A stretch of DNA of 64,000 nucleotides from Rhizodiscina lignyota (lineage: Eukaryota), in NCBI GenBank assembly GCA_010015805.1, contig ML978128.1:620001-684000 (forward strand), read 5' to 3'. The position numbers were made by a program, and so were the translations under genes. The notes beneath the pieces are model-generated. The model was not told where the DNA came from. It saw only the letters and a list, made by a program, of their open reading frames with translations, and ran no database searches. Each line of letters starts with the position of its first letter. Positions within the stretch are counted from its first letter, which is position 1. This document shows, one piece after another, positions 40,739 to 53,200 of this stretch.

Positions 40739-41117
40739 GCAATTTGGAAATGGTATGGGGAGCACTCGGATTTGAGTCTCCCATTTCCCGTGATATACCT
40801 TCATTCACGCGTCTCACTGTTGTTTGATTGTTCTTACCACTTCGCTACCAGGTTCCGTCCCAATGACCAAAAGCTCCACCGACTACCCAGCGCCCACCAT
40901 CGCGATACTCTCCGATCCCGGATATCTCAGGTGTGAACTCTCTTGCCAACGCAGCTGAAACCTTTATAACATGGCCTCACTATGTTCGAAGAAGGTTGCC
41001 CTCCAATTGAAACCACCGGCAATTATAGGCTTGATATCTGAAGGAGGCTGCCCAATACAAGCTCCGACATTGAATAACTTCGTGTTCTTCTAGTGGTTGG
41101 TATGGCCACCAAACTTC

Positions 41118-41792
41118 TCAGCTCTCTGCTCCATCATCCTCCTCCTCATCGCTTAGCTCTTCGCCAGGCAAGTTCGGAGGGAACCATCCAGCTTCCTCAA
41201 AATCCACCATCAGCTCTCCCAAACTCCCTCTATCCACCTTTACCCCTTCTTTCCTCAGAGCTGTTGCTTGTCGCGTCGCACCGTTTGGGCCCCTACATTT
41301 GTCCTGATTCAGCACCTTGATGTATAATATTGGGTCACGTGAGGACGTGTTCCAGCGCGTCGAGGACGGTGAACTGACCTTGGACTGATCATGCCTTTAG
41401 AGTTAATGACGCGTTGCCAAGGCGTATTTGCCTCATGAAAGCGTGGAGGTTTCTCAGTTTCGTCCTCTGGTTTATCGGGAAGGTGCTTGAGTGCTACGCC
41501 GACCTGTCTTCTGCTCGTCAGACACTTCAAACAGTACGGGGTGCAGTTGGCTACCTTGGACGTTCCGCTGTATATTTTTAGTAAGTTGTACTATTACGAC
41601 ACTGTGGAGATCCTTGAGAATAGAAGGAATGTTAGAAGACTTACGATGTCCCACAAGATACGCTATGTGCCCGTAGCTCGTAACTTTTCCGCGTGGTATT
41701 TGCTGGATCGCCGAATACACCATGTAATACCAGGCCGCCGCTTCTGCCGACTTCGGGCCCTGTGAGCGTTTAGACTTGCCGGCCCGAGGCAT
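41118..41792 (-). CDS. atl1: Alkyltransferase-like protein (MGMT/ATL family, Trp in place of the catalytic Cys)
   Basis: IPRGKVTSYGHIA..PRQVG..PWQRVINSKG. Inferred exons: 41792-41645, 41567-41555 (13 nt), 41507 or 41510 to 41379, and 41292-41118. Confidence 0.88.
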
Positions 41793-42015
41793 GATGATTG
41801 AATTTGAGACTCTCGAGAGCTTTACATGTCCAAATTCATATAAAACAGCGTCTAAGGAGTCCTGGCGGGACACGCGCTCTGATGATGGATCAGTCTACAT
41901 GTGGTCCGTGCGTGCATCGATCTTGAAGTTGAAATTTCTTGGCAATCGCAACCGTCACTTTATTTGAACTACGACGCTTCGCAGCTACAACATCCTCTAC
42001 CAGCTGTTACTAAAA

Positions 42016-43052
42016 ATGTCTTTGGCCGACTATCTCGCGAAGAAATACCTCACGGCGGACTCGAAATCAGAGAAGAAAGGCAAAAAGCGGAAAAGAAAAG
42101 AAGCCTCTGGCTTCAGCATTGCCGACGATGATACTCTAGGCTGGGAGAACCCGAAGAGCGGACGAGACGACGAGGACACGCCCATAACAGGTACACCTCT
42201 TTTTTCCATCTCATGCTGCAATGGTGAAAAGATACTAACTATTGCTCTCCAGTCGCAACCGGCAGCGCCGAATTCCGCAAAGCCAAAACCAACAACTGGA
42301 CAACAGTCGGCTCTACCGCGCCCTCAAGCGCACAGCTCGACCAGTCCGCCGAAGCCGCCGAAGCAGACGCTATCATCTCCTCCGCCGCAGCAGAGCGGGA
42401 GGCCGCCCGCGAACAGGAGGACGAGGCGCCGGAAATTGTTGACGAAGATGGCGTGACGACGATGCAGTCGGGCGCACTGGCAGGTCTGCAGACGGCAGCG
42501 CAGGTCGCTGCGGCAGTAGACAAGAAGCGCAGGAGGGAGCGGAAGAGAGCGGAGGAGGCGAAAGAAGGAGGCCCGGGAGGAGAGACGATATATCGTGATG
42601 CGAGTGGAAGAATTATCAATGTGGCGATGAAGAGGGCAGAGGCGAGGAAGCAGGCGGAAGAGGAGGAGCGCAAGAAGAGGGAAGCGCAAGAGGCGGCGAA
42701 GGGCGATGTGCAGAGATTGGAGAAGGAGAAGCGCAGGCAGGATCTTCAGGATGCGAAGCTCATGACTGTCGCACGATATGCGGACGACGTGGAGATGAAT
42801 CAGGAGTTGAAGGAGCGAGACAGATGGAATGATCCGGCTGCAGGCTTCATAGCAGAGAAGAAGCAAGGGAAGAGTGTGTCGGGGAGGCCGCTATACAAGG
42901 GCGCTGCTTGGCCTAATCGATATGGGATAAAGCCTGGGCACAAGTGGGATGGAGTGGAACGGAGCAATGGCTTCGAGAAGAAGTGGTTCGAGGCCAGGAA
43001 TCGGCAGAACAGCAGAAAGGAGTTGGAGCACATGTGGCAGATGGATGAATGA
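42016..43052 (+). CDS. BUD13: Pre-mRNA splicing factor Bud13/Cwc26 (RES complex)
   Basis: [31 protein letters not shown] and [26 protein letters not shown]. Intron 42191-42252. Confidence 0.92.
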
Positions 43053-43156
43053 AGTGCATACACCATAGGAAGTGGGACTCGACCACATTGGTCTTCAATA
43101 AACAGAATGGCCTATTTGTACAATGCATATACACAATGTGGCGAAGAGCCAAATAA

Positions 43157-45733
43157 TCACCACAATACTTCAACCCACATCTTACCCGGTCTTTCGTAGA
43201 CCAAGCTCCCTTCAGGATAGATTGGAAATCGCCTCCCATGTACACTTCTCGCGAACCTCTTTGCCTCCGCATCACTCTCAAAAGAGACGATCCACCGCAC
43301 ATCCTGCGACAGCTTCTCCTCACTAGGAGCCAGTAGCGCATCGCTGTTGTCTTTGCTATCTTCCACATCACTATCGCTTCTCTCATCCTCAATGTCTCCC
43401 GTCTCGATGAAGTCCTCGTTATCTCGCCCTTTTCGTGACTCCTTGGCTGTAACCTTGACGATGGCGTCTTGAGCATCAACCACAGCAAACGGAAGGCCGC
43501 GACGCTTGCCCTCAAGACTGATAAAGCGCTCAATATCCGAAGTTTGCTGTCCCGCGCCCTCAATGAAGAGGAGCACTTTGTGCTTATGCGGCCACTGAGC
43601 AATCTTCGAATATCCTCCCTCCACAACCAGTCTCTGCAACCAAGGACTGTACGGCTTTTTCATAAAAGAAAGCTGCAGCTTTTGGGTCGTCGACATCAAG
43701 CCGTAGGCCTGCTTGAACGCATCCAAGTCGTCCCCTTTAACCTGATACCCCGGTGGCGGTGGTATGTGCGACAGCATCGACGACTGCGTGTTCTCGCGAG
43801 CGATGCGGTGATGTTTCGAAACATTTGCCAGGTACGCGCTCGCCGCTCTATCCGACTTGAAAATGATGTAGTAGAAGTTCTGACGCTCCATGGTGTGCGG
43901 GTCCCGGCCTGGTATGACTTTGACGAATCCCCCAATGCCCTGCCACTCTGGGATGTGTTTTCCCTTTGGGATGAGTCGCTTAAAATCGTCTTCCACGAGA
44001 GAGTTGCTTGCGTTGCGTAGCAGCAGGACTGTGGGGTCTTCGCCGAGGCTCGCGAAATCCTGGGGGATCCGGCGCCTCTGGTCCACCGCGGCTTTCCGGT
44101 GGGAACGTGAATCGCTTCCCCTTTGATCCGACGAGCCTAACTTCAATCGTGGTATTTCTCGTTCTTGCTGTGATGATTCTTCTTCCTTCTTAACTCTGTC
44201 AGGAAAAAGTTCGTCCACAAGAGAGGTCGAAGTCGTGGTCGAAGAGGCCTCTTCCGGCTCATGGACTAGCTGACGTTTTGGGAACAGTTCATCTGCTATG
44301 GACAATTTGGAGGATTGGTCTGTTCCTTCATCCGCCCTGTCGCGTAAATCATCGGCATCTTCTTCGACTTTCTCTTTCTGGAGGTCTGGCTTGTGCGCAG
44401 GCCGATGTCTAGGAAGGTATTTTGACCGAACATCTGCTCGGCCATTTGACTCAACCTCTCGCGCTTGGTCTGGATTAGAGCCAGAAGCACGAACTTGCGA
44501 TCGTTGCCGTTGCTTCTGGACGGAATCTGTGCCGCGTGGGGAAGAGGAAACGGTTGGCTTCTTAGTCTGGGCACTGTTGGCTGTTGGACTGCTCATGGCT
44601 TGTGGGACTGGAGTCTCAGGTGGCAGCGAAGCCCCGGGAGGTATTAAAGTCTGAAACTCTTTGAAAAGCTCTTCCCGAACTTGCTGCGCAATGTGCTTTG
44701 ACATTTTGAGGATCAGTTCATCCATTGAACCAGGTAGATCAGCGGAAGTCTCAGCAGATGGTAGATGTGGAGGAGATTTCGTCGAGGGGGGAGCCAAAGG
44801 AGAACCCTTCCTTAGCCCTTCGTTAAAAGATTGTGCGGTAGAGCTTGAACTTTTCCTCTCTGGCTCGAGGTCGATGAGCGGAGTTGAAAGTCTCTTCTTG
44901 GGTATCGCTGGCTCCTCTGGACTCCAATTGATATGTCTAGCACGGTCTAGCGTGAGTCCGAGAGACGCCTCTTCCAATGCTTGTTTCTCCGATTGCTCCA
45001 ATCCGATTTCATGGCTGGGAGGCTCTGCTCGAGTTGCAGTTGTAGACAAAACGCGAGTCTGATTGTCAGACGAACTAGGTTGAGGGTCGCTATGCTTTGC
45101 AGAACCAGCCACAGACAATTTCTGACGTGCTGTAGTGCTGAATGTGTCAGATTGGAATCCGTCATGTAACCCATCTCGTTCCGAAGCTCCCCAAACGTCT
45201 TCCTTTTCCTCCAGGGGTATACGAATTACGACCTTTCGAACGAGTTCACCCATTGGCTTACGAGCTATCTCGCCGTGTGTCCCTCTTTCCCGGCCCATTT
45301 GTGTTTGTGTCATAGCCGTTCGTCTCCCCCAGGCGCCAGTAGAGTGCCCGGGCATCTCTCCTGCCCGCGATGCCATATCGCTACTGATATCCGCATTTTG
45401 ACTGCTCTCTCTGAGGCTCTTCTCTTCAATAGATCGTTCGTTGGCAATTCGAGCTCTAGTCTGAGCTCTCCTAGCTCTTTCTTTTCTCTGATCGTCTTTC
45501 TTCACAGAATGGTGATATTTAACGAGCCTACCACTGTGTAGGATATATCGAGAGAGTTGCGGTGGTTCGTTAGATTCTGCTGGCTCCGCATGCTTCTGAG
45601 GTTTATTAATTGGCTTCTGAGACGGACCTAAGGGCTCGTTATTGTCGGTCTTGATTTGTCGGCGTTGGAGGGTCAGAAGAGCCGGCCATGGCGGTCGCAG
45701 AGCTCGCGGAGGCAATTGCCTCACCGATAGCAT
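43157..45733 (-). CDS. Uncharacterised ~858 aa protein with a probable mitochondrial presequence, a long disordered middle and a conserved-looking C-terminal domain
   Basis: Long uninterrupted ORF. Arg-rich, acid-free N-terminus. C-terminal LLLRNASNSLVEDDFKRLIPKGKHI..KVIPGRDP..WIVSF..EAKRFAR. Confidence 0.8.
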   Translation of the reverse strand: MLSVRQLPPRALRPPWPALLTLQRRQIKTDNNEPLGPSQKPINKPQKHAEPAESNEPPQLSRYILHSGRLVKYHHSVKKDDQRKERARRAQTRARIANERSIEEKSLRESSQNADISSDMASRAGEMPGHSTGAWGRRTAMTQTQMGRERGTHGEIARKPMGELVRKVVIRIPLEEKEDVWGASERDGLHDGFQSDTFSTTARQKLSVAGSAKHSDPQPSSSDNQTRVLSTTATRAEPPSHEIGLEQSEKQALEEASLGLTLDRARHINWSPEEPAIPKKRLSTPLIDLEPERKSSSSTAQSFNEGLRKGSPLAPPSTKSPPHLPSAETSADLPGSMDELILKMSKHIAQQVREELFKEFQTLIPPGASLPPETPVPQAMSSPTANSAQTKKPTVSSSPRGTDSVQKQRQRSQVRASGSNPDQAREVESNGRADVRSKYLPRHRPAHKPDLQKEKVEEDADDLRDRADEGTDQSSKLSIADELFPKRQLVHEPEEASSTTTSTSLVDELFPDRVKKEEESSQQEREIPRLKLGSSDQRGSDSRSHRKAAVDQRRRIPQDFASLGEDPTVLLLRNASNSLVEDDFKRLIPKGKHIPEWQGIGGFVKVIPGRDPHTMERQNFYYIIFKSDRAASAYLANVSKHHRIARENTQSSMLSHIPPPPGYQVKGDDLDAFKQAYGLMSTTQKLQLSFMKKPYSPWLQRLVVEGGYSKIAQWPHKHKVLLFIEGAGQQTSDIERFISLEGKRRGLPFAVVDAQDAIVKVTAKESRKGRDNEDFIETGDIEDERSDSDVEDSKDNSDALLAPSEEKLSQDVRWIVSFESDAEAKRFARSVHGRRFPIYPEGSLVYERPGKMWVEVLW

Positions 45734-46145
45734 CAATCGTCGTTCGAGTGACGCGGCACATGGGACGAATGCACGGGAACGTTAGAGCCATCGCAGGTGT
45801 AAATATGCAGGGTGCGAGCTTTGGTCGAGTTGCCGCATACGCGCGTCTATCGCGGAAGCTGAGTAAGTGAAGTTCCGCGGCTGTGAGCTGTCAGCAACGT
45901 CGCTTGGCGTCACTGCGGGCATGGATGCGAGCTTGCTTGGTGAGATTCAGGTCGGCCTCGCCAACCGCATCAGCTCCAAAACACGCTCCCTCTCACCACC
46001 CTGAATTTTTCATTGTTTCCCTTCTGAGCGCCCGGAGATAATTCACCCCCTCACCAACACCTCAAACTCTTTCCGTCTGCGCACGAAACACCCTCATCCA
46101 CCTTCTCCGCCCCACCACGTGCACATGCGCCTCCGAACATCCTAA

Positions 46146-46865
46146 ATGGCCGTAATATTAGACCTCCTTCCACGCGATGACCAAAATCCACCAGACGATC
46201 ACAAAGACGACCACAATGGCCTCTCGGGCTGGGCCATTTTCATCATCGTTGTCGTAGTCCTTCTCGTCGTTGGCGCCGGCGCATGGTTCCTGTGGGCTTA
46301 CCTCCGCAAGAAACAATCGCCCAATACCAACTATCCTGCGCCTCGCCCCGGCGGTATCGTCGGCTGGTTCAATGACAAGTTCCAAAGCTTGAAGAACAGG
46401 AGATATGCTGCTGGCGCATACGAGGGAACATCTGGCGAGCCGCTCGGGGGGGCACGGGGACGCCGCGGGATGGACCCAGACGAGGCTTGGGATACAAGAG
46501 TCGGAAATGAGGCCGATGTATATGGGCCTGGTGGATACTATGAGGAACAGGAGCTTGGTCTGCAACCCCCTGGTGGCCCAACGGCATACTCGGGTACGGG
46601 ATATGGAGCGCCTTCTCCAGGATTGCATGTGGAGGAAGAACGGGGAAGAAGTCGAAGCAGAAGCAGACAGAGAGACTTTGACGACCGCGACGATTCAGAG
46701 ATGGGAAGGTCAAGAGCGGCCAATCCATTCAGCGACGATGCCGCATCCAGTATGAGAGGCGTCAGCCCAAGACCGCTGGACACATCTGGCGCCCGAGACC
46801 ACCAAGGCGACCACACCGGTAACAGCCCAACAGAGAGGAGGAGTATGTTCCGAGAAGCCGTTTAG
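46146..46865 (+). CDS. Single-pass membrane protein with a cytosolic low-complexity tail
   Basis: 239 aa ORF. TM helix GLSGWAIFIIVVVVLLVVGAGAWFLW followed by RKK. DPDEAWDTRV and NPF motifs. Confidence 0.85.
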   Translation: MAVILDLLPRDDQNPPDDHKDDHNGLSGWAIFIIVVVVLLVVGAGAWFLWAYLRKKQSPNTNYPAPRPGGIVGWFNDKFQSLKNRRYAAGAYEGTSGEPLGGARGRRGMDPDEAWDTRVGNEADVYGPGGYYEEQELGLQPPGGPTAYSGTGYGAPSPGLHVEEERGRSRSRSRQRDFDDRDDSEMGRSRAANPFSDDAASSMRGVSPRPLDTSGARDHQGDHTGNSPTERRSMFREAV

Positions 46866-47663
46866 TGCACGAAACACGATTCGACGCATGATTACTCAGG
46901 GATTATGATGGGCGTTTGAGGGTGTCAGCGAAATAGGAGCTTTCTTTTTTCTTTCGACGTGTATATTGACGGATCACCATATCTAGCCCAATACCATTGG
47001 AAGGCAACTCGACTTTTATGTATGGGCCCATGAGGAGGGATTTCTCTGAGGGCGGAAAATGCACCTGGCGGAAGTGTCCTGAAAGGCACAAGTCACATCT
47101 AGATCAACTACTTGTAATTCTGTTTCAAACAAGGCCCAGAAACCAGCTGGGCATCTCCTACGATATTTGAATCCTGTGTACAGTCTGATCATGAGATCGC
47201 ATTAAGGGCAGTGTCACTGAGTGAGATCTTGTCAGCTAGCGAGAGAGTACCAAGATCCGGTAAGTCTGTATACCGTTCGAAAGTAGTATCAAGATCCGTT
47301 AGGTTTGTATGGCGTTCGAAAATAGTTCGGACAGGAGCGTCAAGGACGGTCTCTGTTCCTTTGATATGATTCGGCTGGTCAATCAAAAATGCGGTTCCGT
47401 CTCGTCATGTCAAACAGCGTCACTGAGGTAGAAAGCAGATCGCGTCTTCACCTAAGTTATGTGGGAGATCCCTGCCGTGCAATGACGTGTGGATCTACGC
47501 GGATCTCGCAGCTGCACCGAAATCCTGGCACGACTCCGATACATTTTGTACAGCCCCTCTTCCCGTTTCCTAGATACTCAAAGCTTTCTACTGATTGTTC
47601 AATTCCTAATTTGTTACAAAACCGTCAAGTGACGACGTCTCAAGGAGGCGGAAGAGACCCACC

Positions 47664-50088
47664 ATGGCTCCTGAACCAAAGAGCCCCGGACTCCAGACGA
47701 ACATGGACGTCGAGTACGTGATTGTCTACAGATTTGCAAAAGTTGGTAAGAATGCTGAGTTGAATCGTCAACGACTCGCGCTGATAGCTTTATCAGAGAA
47801 GCAGAAAGCCACGGAAGAGTTCAGCAGCCTCGTGGAGGCGTTAGGCAATGTCGGTCTAGCCACGGAGGTCCGCAATGGAGAGAGCCACTCTCTCCTAATC
47901 TTCGTAAAGGTGGCCTCCGAAGAACATCTCTTTGGAGAAGTATATCGATCACGGTATGTTCGATATTGCCCCCCCTCCACCCGTAGAGCAACCTCTGATT
48001 AGGTATCACAGTGTCCGCGACTGGCTTTATGGCGTCCGAGCCGCCGCTCCCCCCAAAGAGACCCGCGGCGCTCTCGAATCCGAGCCTATGTATGAAGCAG
48101 AACGTCTCCGAATCATATTTCAGCTCATTACAAACTCTGAAGCAGAAGGTGGGGCGGGCATCACACTGAAGGAAGGCAAATGGAAGAATGTCGAGTCCAT
48201 CTTCGCTCTCCATGACCACGCACATAACAAGGAATGGATCAACCAATGGGCGCGGAAATGGTTTCTCAGCCCGGAGGATCTCGATGATATCAGGAATCGG
48301 CTTGGAGAGAAGGTTAGTTGTCACATACTTGGCGGAACTATAATCGGGCCCTTGGGGCTAACAAGGTGCAGATTGCATATTATTTCGCTTTCACACAGGC
48401 CTATTTTATGTTCCTCCTTGCACCTGCTGCGTTCGGCTTCGCATCCTATTTCCTCCTTGGCCACTATTCCTCCACGTACGCCATTGTTAACTCCCTACTC
48501 TGCACGGTCTTTACAGAGTGGTGGAAGCACCAGGAAGTCGACCTCGCTGTGAGATGGGGAGTTCGAAACGTCTCGCAAATCGCATCAAGAAATCGAGAGT
48601 TCAAGCAAGAGAAGGTGGTTACAGATCCGGTGACTGGGGAGCAGGTGGCTTTCTTTCCTGCTACTAAACGTCTTCAGCGACAGTTTCTGCAAGTGCCGTT
48701 CGCAATTCTGTGCGCGACCGTTCTTGGAACTCTCATTGCGACCTGTTTTGGGATTGAAATCTTCATCTCCGAAGTCTACAATGGCCCATTGAAGAGCGTT
48801 TTGGTATGTATCAGTTACTGTACTGAGTATGACGGGTGCTAATATGTTCCAGGTCTTCTTACCAACTGGCATTCTGACCACGTGCATGCCTATCCTATCC
48901 ACGGTTCTTACAAACTTCGCAACGCAACTCAACCACTTTGAGAACTACGAGACGCAGGCAGCCTACGACACCGCTTTTACGCAGAAAATCTTCGTTATTA
49001 ACTTTATCACCTCATACCTCCCCATCCTACTCACAGCATTTGTATACGTCCCATTCGGCACGCTCCTTGTCCCATACCTCGACATCTTCAGTGTCACGGT
49101 CAAGCCGTTCGCTAAGCATCAGAAGGAAATGGAGCTCCCGGCTGCAGGCTTCGAAATCAACCCCATGCGTCTCCGCAAGCAAGTCATCTACTTCACCGTG
49201 ACAGCTCAAATCGTCAATCTCGGAATGGAAGTCATCGTGCCCTACCTCAAGCGCAAAGGCTTCGCTAAGTTCAAGAAGATGCAAAGCGAGCGCGCCGCAA
49301 AGAATGGCGGCGCCGTACCTGATGCTGGCGCGAATGATTTACCAGACGAACATGCCTTCCTCACGCGCGTCCGTCAAGAATCAGAGCTGGATGTTTATGA
49401 TGTGACGACCGACCTGCGCGAGATGGTTCTGCAGTTCGGCTATCTAAGTCTTTTCTCCGTGGTCTGGCCACTGACAGCATGTTCCTTCCTCGCAAACAAC
49501 TGGCTCGAGCTGCGTGCCGATGCGCTGAAGATTACTATCGAGATGCAGCGACCCACGCCGTGGAGAGCCGACACTATCGGCCCATGGCTCGACTCGCTCG
49601 CCTTCCTCACCTGGCTCGGCAGCATTACGACCTCTGCATTAGTCTTCCTGTTCTCGAACGACGGCCTCGGTCCCGATGGCACGCCGTACGCGATTAAGGG
49701 CTGGGCGCTCCTTGCGACAATCATGTTCTCGGAACATCTGTTCCTTCTTGTGCGGTGGGGCGTCAGCATTGCAATTAGCAAAGTTGACAGTCCCGGCCGG
49801 CAGAAGGAGAGGCGTGAGAGGTATTTGGTTCGCAAGCAGTACTTTGACGAGAGCCTGAGCGAGTTGGAGAAAATACCGAGCTTGAAGGATGCCGCGACGG
49901 ACGAGAACATTACGCGTCGGAGCTTAGAGGATGAGGCGAGAGATGCGACGTTGGGCAACAGTCGCGTCGAAGACAAGTTCTGGGCACGGCAGAGAAATTG
50001 GAGGGAGACGGCGAAGGTTGGGGCGGGCTTGATCGAGAGGAGTGCGCCGACGGACGTGAAAGAGCGAGAAAGCAAAAAGGAACTCTGA
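47664..50088 (+). CDS. Anoctamin/TMEM16 family lipid scramblase/channel (Ist2-like)
   Basis: FALHD, LDDIRNRLGEK/IAYYFAF, DLREMVLQFGYLSLFSVVWPL, NNWLELRAD and RADTIGPW. Introns 47746-47796, 47954-48011, 48313-48371 and 48804-48852. Confidence 0.92.
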
Positions 50089-50200
50089 AGAGCGATTTTC
50101 GGTCACTTGCTTCAAATTGAGTATGCAGCAATTGAGCAACGGTGCTGTCGGCGTCATTTCTGTTCATTCGACCTAGGACATATGCTAGTATCAGTACGTT

Positions 50201-53200
50201 CTATCCTTGCTTCTTGAGCCCGTCATCGACCGCTTTTGGTGCAGCAGGCACCTCAATCCTCTCTATTTTCCACTCCATGCCGACATAACCATCACTGAGA
50301 ATAGTGGTGTTCACGTGCCGTGCATCCACGCCCTCTGGCAACCTGACCGCAACCTTGGTATTCAACCGTGACGCTGAAGCCTGCCTCCTGCCGTCATCCT
50401 TCATAGGCCAATTCACCCTCTTCATCGCAAGTACAGAGCCTGATACCGCATCCTCAACGACTAGAAAGAATCCTTCGGTTTGCGGCTTTGGATACTTCGG
50501 CGCGTACATCCGGAACTGTCTCTCAGTAACCGGATTGAGTCTCGATATCGCCACCGACAACCCCAACGCCGTCACATCTACAGCTTCAACCTTCAAATTC
50601 GGCAGCGCATTGAGAGCCTTAAAGAAGCGAGGCTGCACGGAAGCCGGGACCCCAAGCTGCCTAACCATCTGCTCTTGTGCCTTCCGACTCATTGCAACAG
50701 CCTCAACCAGCGTCTTCACCGCTCCCTTACCCTCCCTATCCGCCTCAGGCTTAATACCGGGGAAAATAGACAAAGCTTGATCCTCCGGCCACCTCGCGCT
50801 CTTAACGCACTGCAGCAGCCTGATCATCATCTTACAACTACTACCCAAATCCAACTCGGTCAACACATCGATGGACGCTTGAATAATGCGCACCGCCTGG
50901 TCCAACACGCTCGTCTGGTCGCCCACATAATCGCTAATCGGCAAATCGATTCTAGAGAAGTGCGCCTGCAGCAGCAAGAACGCCTTGACGTGCGGATCCC
51001 ACATCGGCAGGCCGAACCCCTCTGCCTTGAGGGGTAGATTCGCGCTGAGCTCGGCGTTGATAAGGTCCTCGTTGTGGCGCACAGGCAACTCGTCGTACTC
51101 TGTCGCGCAGGACATCCAGCTGAGCGCGTCTTCGAAGGTCGCGTCGCGTTTGGCATGCTTGATGAGGTGGCGGATTGTCTTGTGGGAGAGATAGTAGTAG
51201 CTCATTATCTTGCCGAGTGGCGTGGAGTCAATATCGCCGTTCGAGTGGATGGCTGCGCAGCCGGAGTCTGCGAGCTCGGTGAGAGACTTTTCGACGAGCG
51301 AGACCATATAGTCGTTTGCTAGGCGCTGCGCTTCTATTGTGTTGTGCTCCTCGGCAGAGATCTCGAGGCCGTAGTATGAGGGGTTCTTGTGGAGGCGGCG
51401 GAAGAAGAACGTCCAGGTGAGGTAGTCCAGCGCATCTTGTTTGGTGTTGATAGTCTCGGCTGATATCTCAGCGCCCAAATGGTTATCGAGGACTTTGTGA
51501 AGAGAGGATTCAACTGGAAAGCCGGTATGCAAGAAGTGCTTGTAGAATGCCTTCTTCGAATCCTGCGTGAAGATCCTCGCTATACCAGAGGTGTCAAACT
51601 GCGGACGACCTGCACGACCAAGCATTTGCAGAACATCTGTAAGGTCCATGTCCTTGTAGCCTTCAGTTTTGGCGTCGAAGAACTGCGTTCCTTTGACGAC
51701 AACGAGATGGGCAGGAAGATTCACACCCCATGCAAGAGTGCTGGTGGCCACAAGGATCTGGATCTTGTTATTTGCAAAAAGCTCCTCAGCAAGGAGCCTA
51801 TCGCTCTCAACTAGACCTGCATGATGCAGACCAATGCCGAAGGTCAAGGCTTCGCGCAGGGCTTCATCCTTGACTCTTGACAGATTGAGCGCCAGGTCTT
51901 CTTCAGACATGCCCAAGAATCGGCGTGGGTTGTCTTCCATGCCGCAGAAGTTGATGAGATCTCTGGCTGTCAGTCGAGTCTGCCGCCTAGATGCCACAAA
52001 TACAATGACCGGTTTCGATGGCGAGTGCGTCTTGATTGCCAGGAATGTCGGTCGGTTCATCGACTGCATCAGCGGACAAAAGCCCCGAACCTCTGGGAAG
52101 CCGTCGATGTAAATTTCAAGTGGGACTGGTCGAACAGAGTGTCTAAAGTTGAACAAGCCTTCTTTCACTCCTAGCCAGTTCCCCAGATCCGTGGCGTTGG
52201 CGCAGGCAGTAGACATGCCTACAAGGCGAACCGAGCCTTTCTTCTGAGACGCAATGTAATTCATCCTCGAAACGATAATCTCAAGAACCGGTCCTCTATC
52301 ACCTCCCAGAAGATGGATCTCATCAATGATCACAAGGCTGACCTGGCTGACATAGCTCCTCGTCTGCCAGCTACGACTAATACCGTCCCACTTCTCTGGC
52401 GTCGTAACAATGATATCTGCATTGCGAATCGAGCGCGTATCAGGAGTGTTATCACCAGTCAATTCCACGAGCTTCAGACCCATGGGCTTTGTGAGCCGCT
52501 TGCTCCAATCTTGCACACGCTCTCGAACGAGCGCTTTCATGGGTGCAATGTAGACGACTTTCGATCCAGGGTTCTCGCGGAATGCCCACCACATTGCAAG
52601 TTCGGCGGCTACCGTCTTTCCAGACCCAGTTGGTGATCCTAGAAGAACATTCGCAGAGGTGTGGTACATGCAGTGGAACAACTGCGTCTGCATAGGATTG
52701 AAGTACTGAAAGCGCTGACCATAGACCTCTTCCAGGATAGGGTTCTTCAGAGCAGATATTGGTAGAGGCTGGAGATTGAGAAGATCTGTGTATACGCTTT
52801 CGGTGTCAGGACGAATCAGATGTTGGAAAGATACAGGGTGAACGGTCTCCGCTCCCAGCCAACGATCGGATACTGCGCGAACGTAGATCTGAGACGGCAG
52901 TGGATCAGAGAGAGGAATCGTAAAATTGAGCTCATGATCATCGTACAGCTTCTTCCGATTCAGAAGGAAGAATTCATGATGATAGATTTCGGAGGTCTCA
53001 GAGTTTTCGACCCAGATCCAGTACGACTCAGACGTTCCATGGTGGCGTTCATTCCAGCGGAAATCAGGCGTGATCCACAGTCTGATCCTCAAGACATCCC
53101 GATTCAGCGGAGCAATTTCTGCATCAATGCTCAAAGTCGGGAAATTGTCCAGTAGTTTCGCAATCGTTGTGCCCATCTTATGATTGTGAACGAGTGAGCC

